Shown here one piece after another: positions 25,459 to 38,400 of a DNA stretch of 64,000 nucleotides. The notes beneath the pieces are model-generated. The model was not told where the DNA came from and did no database searches. It saw only the letters and a program-made list of their open reading frames with translations. This stretch comes from Antedon mediterranea (Eukaryota > Animalia > Echinodermata), in contig NC_092674.1 of NCBI RefSeq assembly GCF_964355755.1, positions 18,352,001 to 18,416,000 of the forward strand, in the 5' to 3' direction. Made by a program: the position numbers and the translations under genes. The first letter of the stretch is position 1, and the number at the start of each line of letters is the position of its first letter.

Positions 25459-28400
25459 GGTGTAATGGAATAAAATTATCAGTATTGCATTCTCTTTCCA
25501 ATGATACCATGGATGACCAACTTTAGTGTGGAATGTTTTTAAATACAAAATGGCAGCTGAAGGAGTCCTCGAAAAAATGGCACCTAACTTTTTTGGATTC
25601 AGCATCTCAAGAATAACAAAATTAGCTAAAAAATCTATTTTGACACAAATATCGAGCTGGAAGACATACCAAGATTTTGCTGATGATACAGGAAAATTAC
25701 CCTTGATATGAAGCATTCGCATGTCAAAATTTTATTGGTTTTGAATTTAAAAAATTTAAAATTTTAGGAAATTGAGAACGAATAGCCTAAAAAGAGTGAT
25801 AGCCTAATAATACAGGGGGAAAACAAATCACAATCACAAGGAGTTATCCGTACCTTGGAGGATAACTCCTTGTTTTCATAGTATCATGTAATAAAATGTC
25901 CTTTTGAATAACATTTTTCATTTTCCTCTCATGAAAAATATTGTTGTATTTACAGTATCAAATCAAAATCATATTAACATGAGAAGAGCTAAAACAATAA
26001 CGCGTTTTGTATGTGGAAAGACAGGTATAAGGGCCAACTTCGAATTGACTTGTATTAAATAGCAACTGTACTGTACTAATCTTACTTTTCCATTTTACAA
26101 AACCTGTAACAAAGCGGTTATTCAAGACTGAGAAATCAATATATACTGTATCCTGTGTGATATATAAGACACAAGTTTATAGATGGGAGAATGGAAGAAA
26201 ATGAACCCAGTCAGCCATGTACTGAAATTATATATAATTTGGTCCAGCATAAATAATGCACAACGATTTGTTGGCCTATTTAATGTCTTTCGTCAATAAT
26301 ATATTTGTGCGTTTAATGCCAGTAAATCACCTTTGACCCAAGTTGTGAACAGCACATAAAATTAATGGGGTATCCACAGTTATATTGAGTAGCATCCAGT
26401 CATACTGAAAAGTTTGGAGGTGCCGTCTGCCACTAGGCCTAGTAGCATTCTAAAGCACTAACTGAGCTGATGCTAACTAGGTAAATACTAAAAAGGCAAT
26501 AACAAGACTCGGAATCACAGAAGGCAACATTTTAAATAGAACAATATTACCAATTTGAGTTCCTAATGATAGGTAAAAAATGAATTTGTAGTTTGAATAT
26601 TAACTCTCAGTGGAAACTTTTGTAATTAAAGTTACCAATAATAATTAAATAATAAGTTTGCATAATCAAACCCTGTAAACTCCCATTCATGGGCTGCTGA
26701 AAATATTAACACACAAGACTTACACTAATTATGATTATTTATTGAATAAAATATATAAGAAAACAAATCATAACTGAATGATATGAAATCATACGTCTAC
26801 TAATGTACAGGAAGTTCATTTTTTTGTATTCGATTATAGTACATAACTAGTAAAAACTATGCTGCACACAAGAACGTCTGTTGCGTAGTGTTGGTTTGAG
26901 TAGCAACAGGAAGTCACGGTGTATTTGATCTATCATATTACATTAGTTTATCCATAGAGATATTATAATATCTCTATGGTTTATCCCAATACTAAAAAAC
27001 TGAATTAAATGTGCATTGTTACTGACAATGCAATATGGACCATTTGTGCTAAGAATTAAAACAATTAAAACAATATTACTAAAAACATAAGCACATATCC
27101 TTAGTGGTGAATTTTTATAAATTATAATTGACATTATGAAGAGCAATAAACTGCATAATAATTATCTAATCCTCATACTTTATACAAAATGATCAATGCT
27201 AATATAAATATATTTATTCTTTTAAAAACATTCAGAATATTAATAAAAACAATTATTAAGCACCAAATATTTGAAAGGAACAACAAATCGTTGCATTGCA
27301 ACCATGATTATAAACATTCACCAGTGACTTTCATTTTTGGAATTTTTTTTACAATATATAAAAATCAAATCGGTGTACATACAAATGATTACTTGTATTA
27401 TTTGGTCAATGTGTAATCGAAAATATGCATTCTATTATCTTTTAAAATTTGAGTCGTGTATTAGATATTTTCATAGACACAATTGGTAAATTGTTCTAAT
27501 TAAATATTTAATAACTTTAGAAAAAATTATTGAATCAATAAAAGTTAAATTTTGGTGGGAATGCATGCAAGTATGTCATCTATCCGATAGTGTATGTCAA
27601 GTAGTATAATCTTTAAACCTTTAAAATCAGTAGAAAATACTATTTATAAACGATGGGTAATGTGAGTAAAAAATAAAGTTTTCTGTTGAATACAAATTTA
27701 GAATGAATTTTGTTATAGATTGTTCATGCAACATGCTCACCTTCAAATATAAGTAATATTCATCTAATCCATCTAGAGAAAAACATATAACATATATTAA
27801 GAAAATATTAGTAACACCCTCAAATATGTAATTACTTAGAAACATTAAAGAATATCGTATTACAATAACTAATTGAATGAATATCGGAGGGGTCATATGC
27901 AAACAAAACACCTATATCTACCAATATTTGAAAAATATTTTAACATTTAGCAAAAAGTACAATTTTAAAAACTAATTAATCCTACTGTCAATCAAAAGAC
28001 AATTCTTAATATCAATTGTTATCAAAACGGATATTTTTATCAAATCCATCCAATGAATAACATTAAAAATCGAGCGGTGAAGAGACAAGTTTGGGAGTGA
28101 TATCACATTCAATGTGTTCACAATGGTACAATTATGTATTACCTGTCAAAGTTATTCAATTTCATCTCTGTACACAATAACTGTGTTGTAGGCACCATTA
28201 AATTCATTGGAGGTATTACTCTAGATACATGGGTGAAGAAGTTTGAAATGTAATACAATCCCACTACTACTACAACAGACATTTTTTTAAATTAATATTT
28301 GTAAAGAAGATATTATTCAAATCTTTCAAAGATAATATAAAAAAGGTTTGTTAAAATATTCATATTAATTAAATTTTTCACAAAAATACCAACTTATACA

Positions 28401-28668
28401 TTAAAAACAAATAATGAATGTTTTGTCTTGCAACAGATCGATGTAAACCAAGCAAGCAAGCACTGTCCATAATTTCTCTACTCCACAGCCAACTTTGAAA
28501 TTCATAAAAATATTTAAGTCATGACAGAAAGACAGTGCTCAGATTTTTGGTTGTGGATCTATCATAAGGCACAAACATTTTTTACCTGGCTATTGAATGT
28601 AACAAAACAATCAAATGTACATTATACACAATCAATCAATTAAATATAGGAACGGATCAACTGTAGGT

Positions 28669-28850
28669 CAGTGATGTAATGCCTATGAGCACTCGCTGGC
28701 TAAACCCAGGGCCCTGGAGCCTGCAGCAGTGCAAAAAAAAGTGTTATAAATATACTAAAGCAAACAAATAATAGTATTAATTATATTTAGGAGGAAAGAC
28801 CGGACATTAAAAATAAGAACAAAATTCATGTTCAATACTGTGCTTAATTG
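28669..28850 (+). repeat. Dispersed repeat fragment homologous to ~14816-14970 and ~15568-15720 (hAT-like CAGTG start)
   Basis: Shared cagcagtgcaaaaaaaa..gttataaatata.taaagcaa..acattaaaaataa..caaaattcatgt. Confidence 0.6.
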
Positions 28851-29462
28851 GACAGTACAGTTTGAATAGTAGCTGGAGCTGCTGTTAAAGTAAACTGTAC
28901 AGCTAGGCCTCTGGCTGTATACGGTAAATAATAGTAATTATAATAATGTTGTGAATGTAATTTATAAAAAATGTAAATTCTAAAATATTTAAGTTTTTCT
29001 TAAATATAAATATTATTCATAATCAAAAAACTGTTACGTCACTTTGTATTAAAGTCTAAACTTATTCTGGTGCATTTGTATAATCTATCTATAAACTTCC
29101 ATTATATGTTTCTTATAAAGCAGGCAGTCTACAGCAAAGCACAAATTTTGAATTTCTTAAACACACAACCTTAAAGTCAAAGGTTAGACATTATCTATTT
29201 ATATTTATCAGATAATTATCTTATTTGAATGATAATTTGGCCATTTATACTACAGTAGGTTAAAAAATCAACAAAACTGAATGAACCAAGGAAATTAAAT
29301 GTATAATCTAGTTGCTATACTAAATAAACAGACTTGCAGAATACAGTACATTTTACATATGTTGGTAGTATAAAAACACACAAAAAAAACAAAATATAGA
29401 TTTTTTCGTACTGCCTCCTAAATGTTTGGGATAATAAGTACAACCCAAATGATTATTACACA

Positions 29463-32400
29463 TTAATACTGCTTTTTTGTAATTTCTCCATTACATGTGT
29501 TTGTAAGCGAGTCACATGGTACGATAAACTTGACGATTGCAGTGTAGATGAGTAGGTGGATTGGTAACAGCATATGTTGATGAACCAGAGCATAAAGGCG
29601 ATACCAAGGTCCATAAAATGGATCAGTTGGTGCTGGGCATACCATATTATTCAAATTAACTTCAAGAACCTATTTGGATTACAAAATAAAAAATAACTTA
29701 TCTAAAAAGCCAAATAATTACAGTATGAATACACACATTTTAAAATGGCCAACATTTGTATTAAATATGATCAACAAGTAGAGTTCTGCAATTATGCCAC
29801 ACACTTGATTTTGGTATAAAAATTCTCACAATACTAATATATTAGCCGCAACGAGGCATTTTTTCGATAGGTTACCAGAAAAGCGAGTATTGCCAGAAAA
29901 GAACTGTTTGATTCATCTGATTCCTTACAGGAGTTATGATTAGCATCAATCATCAGACAATACAAATGTTTCTATTTTCTGGGATGGCAAACTAATTTGA
30001 AAATGTACCATTATAGCTAGTAGAAATACTGTATGTTGACAATACAAATAGTATATGGTTCTGTAAAAACAATAACTTGATTTTTTATGTAAAAACATGA
30101 TTTTTATGATTTTTTTTCCAAATCCATTTATTATATTAATTTGTGCAAAAAACATTTGCAGTTTCAGTAAATTAATAATAACATACAGTATTTAAAAATA
30201 TTTAAAGACACTAGACCTACGTTTTTTCAACCTAATTTAAGGTCACACACTACATTTTATGTACAAATAAATACTATATTATAATTTATATGGACCTATT
30301 GCAATACAATACATTTTTCGTCTTTAAACGGTTAAAAATGTGAACAATTTGGCGATTCTAATAATTTAACGATAGTGAAGCATTTAATGAATAAGTTTGA
30401 AAGCGGAATCTGCAGAATCCAGAATGGTGAAGCATTCCGCATTAGCGAGGGCATTACACCGTTATGAATCCTGCATATGTTGAAAAATGTGAGAAGCCTT
30501 GTCTCTGAAATGTTCCACATCACGTGGAGTAAACCTTCCTTGAGGGTCATTCCATGTCAGATCACCCAATGGTAAACACCCTACTGACTCGGATTTTAAT
30601 GAAAATTGGTAAAAATGGGTGCGGCCGCCAATTTTCAAAAGACAATAAAACAAGAACTACAAGTCCAATTAAAAAAAAAATAAACAGTATGGGAAAGGAA
30701 ATGCCCCAAATATTCCAAATTTGTTATCAGAATTGTAGTAGAATGTCTTAAAATATATTTGACCTTTTGATATATAAAATGACCCCCGGTTTGACCTTGT
30801 GGAACGTATATTTTTTTAATGTCATTATTTTTTTTTTAAACTATAAAGTAGTGTTTATAACATATGTAAAATGCTAAGATGTCTTTTACCTCATTTAGAA
30901 GATATAGTTATATCATGTTGTCTGGGTTTGTGTTTTGTATCAATCTATGTGTTAATTATATACCAGGAGGATATTGATGAAGTAGAATACTGTACAACAA
31001 GCAATGGGTAACAACAGACCGCACAACATTAATAACAGTTAAAAAACTATTGAAGAATGCGGTGATGAGCTAGCTGACCAAATGAAGCTAACAAGGCACC
31101 AGTTACTGTTGCTGAAGCTCAAGGGTCATTTATCCTTTGCAGGAGATAGTACTCCAAGATGATTTTGCTGAAAATTACGCTTTTGTCATCCAAGATGAAA
31201 TAAAAAGCTTTCACTGGAAAAACAAACAGGCAACACTGCATCCATTTGTAGCATACAGATGTGAGGTGGATGGAAATTTATCTAATTGCAATACACTCAA
31301 CAACAACAGTGTGGACTTTCCAAAAAGTTGTTCTAAATCATTTGAAGGGTAAATTTTACGAAATAAAGAAGGTTCACTACTTTACCGATGGATGCGCAGG
31401 TCAATATAAAAATAAGTCCAATTTTATCAATCTATGCAATCACAAACATGATTTTGATTTAAATGCCGAGTGGAACTTTTTCGCCACATCACATGGGAAA
31501 AGTGCATGCGATGGAATTTGGGGACAGTACAACGAATAGTAACCAAAAAGAGTCTAAAACGTCCATATCATAATCAACTACTAACATCAATAGACATGTT
31601 TAATTTCTGTGTTGAAAACATTCCTGATATCATTTTTTTTCATGTTTTCATTTTCATTTTATGGGAAATGACTGTTTTACCTATTTAGTTCTATTTACTT
31701 ATAATTGTTCTAAGGGTCCTACAAAAAAACAAAGCTACAGCTTTTTTATGAAGGATCCTTGTTATCAGTTGTATTGCAATTATGTTGTAATTGATGACTA
31801 AATAAATGTGGAATAAATTGAAATTTCATCCGAAGAAATTAAAAAATTTGTAGCTCGACTGAAATCTCGATTTTCTGAAGCCAAAACCATCAAAGGCACC
31901 CTTCAACTGCACAGATTTGTACCGCAACAAGATGGTTCTCTTATGGTATACAAGTGCACAAAAAGATGAACCAAGGAAAGTAAACGTAACAAGCTGCCCA
32001 TCAACATCTACTACATTTGCACGAGAAGTTCCACAATATGCAATTTCTCAAAATCATTTTGTGGAGTCTTTGTATGATGGTGTGTGGTGGATTGGGATGG
32101 TGCATGGATGTCATGTCAGCTGAATTTGGTGACTAAACAGTACTTTAAATCATTTATGCATCCTCCTGGTCCTTCAAAAAATGTCCATTGGCCAGATAAA
32201 GCTGATGGATTGAAGAATCAAGTGACCTATGTCTTATTGATGCACCATCACTAACATCATCATCAAGTAGGAATTTACAGTATATCAAAACAAGAAGAAG
32301 ATGCAATATTGACTACTTTCAACAGGAATGATATCTTTCAATAAAACATTTATAGAGGCAATGTAAAATATAACTGATTAAACATGTTAAACACTGTTTT

Positions 32401-35400
32401 TCACATAGAATTTGTTTGATGTGCAATTTTGAAAGCCTATAAAATAGAACTGGTACAAAAGACATCTTAGCTTTATCTAACATTTTACAGGCAAGAAGTG
32501 TGAAAATATAAAAATTAATATTTTAACATTATAATTTTTGTTCCACAGGGTCATGACAAAGGTCAAATTATAGGTCAATAGAACATTTTAAGGGAAATTT
32601 ATAAGAGTTAATTCTAATTAAAGATTTGGAATCCTCCTTAAATGGCCATTAATTTGTTACTTGTTTCATTAAAATCGGACTAGTAGTTTTGAAAATATTC
32701 ACGTTTTAAAATCGACGGTCTCGCGATATTTTGCTCTTTTTAACGATTTTCGGCCATTTTAAATTGCCCGTAACTTTTTAACGGTTTGTCCGATTTGAAT
32801 AAAATTTGAAATTTTGGAATTTTTCATAGTGATTCCCTATAGAAAAAACATCCGGGATCCCGCCGATATCACGGTCGGGATCCCGCCGGGATCTCGCCGT
32901 GATCCCGATATTTTCGACCGAAATTTTTGGTCGGGAATTTCGGTCGAAAATATCGGGATCCCGATTGACGTCCCGATCTTTTGGGAATCCCGATTACCCA
33001 TCCATATCGGGATTTTTATCGGGATTCACGAAAAATCGGGATTTTTGGTCGGGAATTTCGGTCGAAAATATCGGGATCTCGAACGACGTCCCGATTTTTG
33101 GGATTTCCCGATTACCCATCCCGTATCGGGATTTTCATCGGGATTCACGAAAAATCGGGATTTTTGGTCGGGAATTTCGGTCGAAAATATCGGGATCCCG
33201 GACGACGTCCCGATCTTTTGGGAATCCCGATTACCCATCCCGTATCGGGATTTTTCATCGGGATTCACGAAAAATCGGGATTTTTGGTCGGGAATTTCGG
33301 TCGAAAATATCGGGGTCCCGGACGACGTCCCGATCTTTTGGGAATCCCGATTACTCATTCCTTATCGGGATTTTTATCGGGATTCACGAAAAATCGGGAT
33401 TTTTGGTCGGGAATTTCGGTCGATCATCGGTGAAATTGTAATCGGGATAATGCGCAAAAACGAACGGGATTTTTAACCGGGATATCGATCGGGATCCCGC
33501 CAAGAACCCCGATCGATACCCCGGTTAAAATTCGTTTTTGCGCATTATCCCGATTAAAATTTCGCCAAAAAATCGAGATGTAAATTTAAGACGACTATGC
33601 CGAATACATTTAATCCCGCCAAAATTTAGACTTATAAATAGAAAATCCTGGTCGGTACTCCCGTTCTGAAATACTGTGATTCTACCGAACTCTTTACGCC
33701 ATGAAGGAAAGACATCTAGAAATTAAAAGAAATCTGTTATAAAAGTAAATATACAAATTTCATTACGGTAATATTGTGCTTAAATCTTACACTAAAATGA
33801 TGATTAAACTGATTCATTGTTATCGGTAGTAATTGGCAACATTTTGGTTGTCTGATATTTTTTTCTTTTATTTCAGAATAAAATATGTGATAAGTTTTTT
33901 GTTTTACTAACAATGTCCATTATTTATTCTAAATAATTATTTGTATTAATATCGTAAATGATTGAACACCGATCTGCCGATGTAGGATAATATGTCATAG
34001 TAATACAATATAGCCAAAAAATATGAGATTTTCAAAACCCTCTGCAATACTCATCCGGCATTATTATCAGTGTTCCATCTTTTACGATTTGTTGTTTATG
34101 ATTTAATAACGAGTTAAAACAACACTTTGGAGTTTTTTATATTATTGAATAGGTTTTCATTGTTTTTACGATATTGGATGACCAAGTTGAGTTTTGTTAA
34201 CTTGTTGAGGGTATTAAGCTATTGGAAAGACAGTAATTTGTAACAGACGGTAAGTTATTATTTGATTAGGGTTAATGTTGTTTTTGCTTTGAATTGAGTT
34301 ATTTTTGTTTTAAATACATGTACCAGCAGTATTAATTCTAAAGACAGTTTACTTTATGTACCACACCTTTTGCTGCGCCGCCACGGCTACTTTGATCGTT
34401 ATATAGTTAATTACATTATTATATCATTATTTAACACCTCATCTTTAGTAATACTAACAACGAGTTGATTTCTTATCGTATTATTATCATCACACTTACC
34501 TTACTATGTTTACGTTTTACACCATACCTTTCGATTAACATGTTTATGACCAAGTTGAGTTGCTTTAATATGTTGAGGGTATTACGCTATTGGTTTACCA
34601 GCTGATGAGTGCAATATGCACTCCTGCATAGACAATGCATGTTTCGTTTTATGCAGGAGATCCAATCAATAGCCACCTCCCTAACTGTAAGGATCGAAAC
34701 AGCCATAACATCATCGATAATATTTCCAATTAATAAATTCTCAGTAATTAATGTAAAACAACACTTTTTAAAAAGTAATTTTCGAACATTTTCTAAACAA
34801 ATTAAATGAAGGTGATGATATGGTTGTCCTGGGATAAACCCATTTCAATTTCAAAAAGTGTTTTTCATCTAATGTTGTTTTTGCAATGACTCCTACAAAT
34901 ATAACGAAAAGCGCAATATATTATATATAGGCCTAATCAGATACGTATGTGTTTTTTTGTTTACCGTTTATACGTTTACAATTAGTAATTACATTTCTTT
35001 TAAAAACAATAATCCTTCAAATTCTAAATAGATAGCCTATAGGCCTAAGTATAACTTACCTTAGAAAATATTTTGCCCCTTTACAATCATAAATATTCTG
35101 ATCGTGTTATTTATAGGCCTAGTTTACCCATTCATTTATAGGCCTAGGTCTAGTAGTAGTAGGCTAACCTAGCTTGCCTGTTCCTTCTTCATCATCATTC
35201 ATCGGATCCTCAATTTTTCCGAATTAGGCCTAGCCTAGGCTATAGATATTGATAGGAATAGGCCTACTACTACTAGGCCTATTAGTACTTCTCATCTGCC
35301 TGTTTACTCCGAGTTCAAGTCCTTTTTAATTTTACACAAAGCAATATTCATAATATTATTAAGTATGGTGGTGTACGATAAACATTTATTAATTAATAAT

Positions 35401-38400
35401 AAATATGCACAAAATAGTTTTCCCATTGTGTCTGGAGAGACCAAAATAACAATACTGTAATATATAGGCCTATTAAAGCTTAGTATCAAAGGCCTAGTAT
35501 CAAATAGGCGGAGGGAGGAGGCCTACGACGCACGGGAGCGGGCCTACGACGCACGGGAGCGGGGTCGGTTGTAGGTTAGACTGATGATGAGGAAGGAGAG
35601 GAGGCAGGCTAAAATACTGTACTTTTTTGACTTGCAATATATGCTCCACAAATATGAGCTTCTAGGCCCTATATTTCAACTAAAGGAGCCACTATGATAG
35701 GGTATAACAATAAGGTGTAATTAATAAATAATCACAACGAATAAATCTATGAATTTATCAAAAACACCTACGGTTTTGAATGCGTTGTACGTCATCGCTA
35801 GCCGGCCAGAATTGCTGTGGTCTGGTTACAAATTTAAATCAAGGCGGGAAAGAGATGCGCGCGTGCGTACGCAAGTTCCCATCGCGCGCTGCGTGCTATT
35901 TTCACAAGCACGTTCTTAAAATTATTATTTTGTTATGATAATTAATTACAGGCCATACTAACGTGTCTAATTACAACTCCTGGTGTGATGCTGTTACTCT
36001 GGAGTACTAATCTTAGGCCTATGTCAAAATAATACAAACAAAATTGTAAATTTAAGGGTTTTTACTTAGGAAATCCCATTCCATAAAACAATGAATGCTT
36101 AAAGCTGTCGTCAAGACACCCACTTTCCGCTAGAACTTCCTACGCCTAAAGAGTCGAGTCAGTTTCTAAATATAGATCTTGGTACCTGCTTTACAGTCTA
36201 CACAAAGAGATGCCGACAATTAAAGCCGTCCAACAAGCCAGACCACGTGACTTTTTCAATGAACTGAACGAGAAGACTGCAGCATTCCTTTCTATGTCGT
36301 CAAGACAACCACTTTCCGCTAGAACTTCCCACGGCTAAAGAGTCGAGTCAGTTTCTAAATATAGATCTTGGTACCTGCTCTACACAAAGAGATGCCGACA
36401 AAAAGCCGTCCAACAAGCCAGACCACGTGACTTTGTGAATGAACTGAACGAGGAGACTGCAGCATTCCTTTCTATGTTGACACTTTCAGGCGTATGGTGT
36501 AATAACATGGTACATGTATAATCAACCCCTAGATATGCTTGGTAAATTGTAGATAAATGAATTCTACTACAAATAAAATATTGTGTATTTATTATTAAAT
36601 AAATAAACGTCCGTGTACGTTTATTCCAAGATGTTCTATTGAGGAGTGGAGTGGTTCCCTATTCAAAGCGGGGCGTTTATTTGAATAATTCTTTTTCCAC
36701 TAGAAAATACACATTTAATACACATTCATATATATATATATATATTAAAATGGAAAATAAAAAACAATGTACAAAAATACAAAAAAAAAAATTCCTTTTG
36801 CCATTTTGACAAATTAATACGCCCTGCATTTATTATGACGGATACAAGACGATTAGGCCTACTCTTAATTTTCTCCTTTTAGTGATTGGATCAATCTCAT
36901 ATTAGGTGCGAAAGTCAAAAATCATTTCATTTGTCTTTTTATTATAATATCGAGATAATTGTTTTGCACCAGTTAGCAAATTCATTTCTATATACCCGTG
37001 TAATCTGCATATTTCACTATAATAATTACCATTCTATTTATTTTTTATTTAGGCCTATTTCAACTTTATTTCAATCGTATTTCAACTTTATCTAGAATAA
37101 AGCTATAACAGTCAATGACAACATCAACATTTTATTCATTTAATAACGTATTCAATATTAAACGTTCAAAGCACTTCAAGACGTAGGCCTACGTCCGGGC
37201 CATTTGACGGTATATTCATTGCAGCAAGACACTTGGGTTGCTGTGAACGTACAGCAACCTCTTAGAAATTGCAGGATTTGTTTAAACATTATTTTTAACA
37301 AATTAGTATTAAAAAAAACTGGGTTTATTCCCAGGACAGCCATCATCATCATCATTATGTGTTTTATAAATAATTAATCTTTGCTGGAAACAATTCAGAA
37401 AATACCTCATAAATTTTTTTAAAATAAAAGCTTACTATTGATGATGCATGGCTGTTTCGATCCTTAATGTTATTGGAGGTAACTATTGATCGGATCTCCT
37501 GCATAAAACGAAACATGCATTGTCTATGCAGGAGTGCATATTGCACTCATCAGCTGGTAAACCAATAGCGTAATACCCTCAACATATTAAAACAACTCAA
37601 CTTGGTCATAAACATGTTAATCGAAAGGTATGGTGTAAAACGTAAACATAGTAAGGTAAGTGTGATGATAATAATACGATAAGAAATCAACTCGTTGTTA
37701 GTATACTGAAGATGAGGTGTTAATAATGATATAATAATGTGATTAACTATATAACGATCAAAGTAGCCGTGGCGGCGCAGCAAAAGGTGCGGTACATAAA
37801 GTAAATTGTCTTTAGAATTAATACTATTGTACAAAGGAATGCACGGCTAGTTTGATCATTAGTACATGTATTTAAAACAAAAATAACTCAATTCAAAGCA
37901 AAAACAACATTAACTGTAATAAAATAATAACTTACCGTCTGTTACAAATTACTGCATTACCCAATGAAATTAAAATACTGCGTACAAAATCCCGATGTTG
38001 CGTACAAAATCCCGTGTCTACAAACACAATCCTGTCGATCCCGATCTTGCGTACAAAATCCCGTAATTTTATAAACAAAATCCCACCAATCCCGATGTTG
38101 CGTATAAAATCCCGATCTTGCGTACAAAATCCCGTAATTTTATAAACAAAATCCCGCCAATTTCGATGTTGCGTACACAATCCCGATGTTGCGTAAAAAA
38201 TCCCGATGTTGCGTACAAAATCCCGTAATTTTATAAACAAAATCCCGCCAATCCCGTTGTTGCGTACAAAATCCCGCAGTCTAAAAACACGATCCCGATA
38301 TTGCGTACAAAATCCCGCAATTCTTAAAAAAATCCCGTCTATCCCGATATTGCGAAAAAAAAATCCCGAGTTCGTCCCGGTGGGATCGTCTAATCCCACC

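Noticed and set aside
26000-29460. Additional genes from short AT-rich ORFs
   Set aside because: Ile/Phe/Asn-biased ORFs with no motifs; more likely TMEM164 3' UTR or intergenic DNA
32814-33476. Overlapping 110-220 aa ORFs in several frames
   Set aside because: By-product of a stop-poor CGGGAT tandem array; the translations are periodic with no domain
34609-37546. Duplicated small gene [10 protein letters not shown]... on both strands
   Set aside because: GTG starts, divergent C-termini and no motif; explained by the inverted repeat
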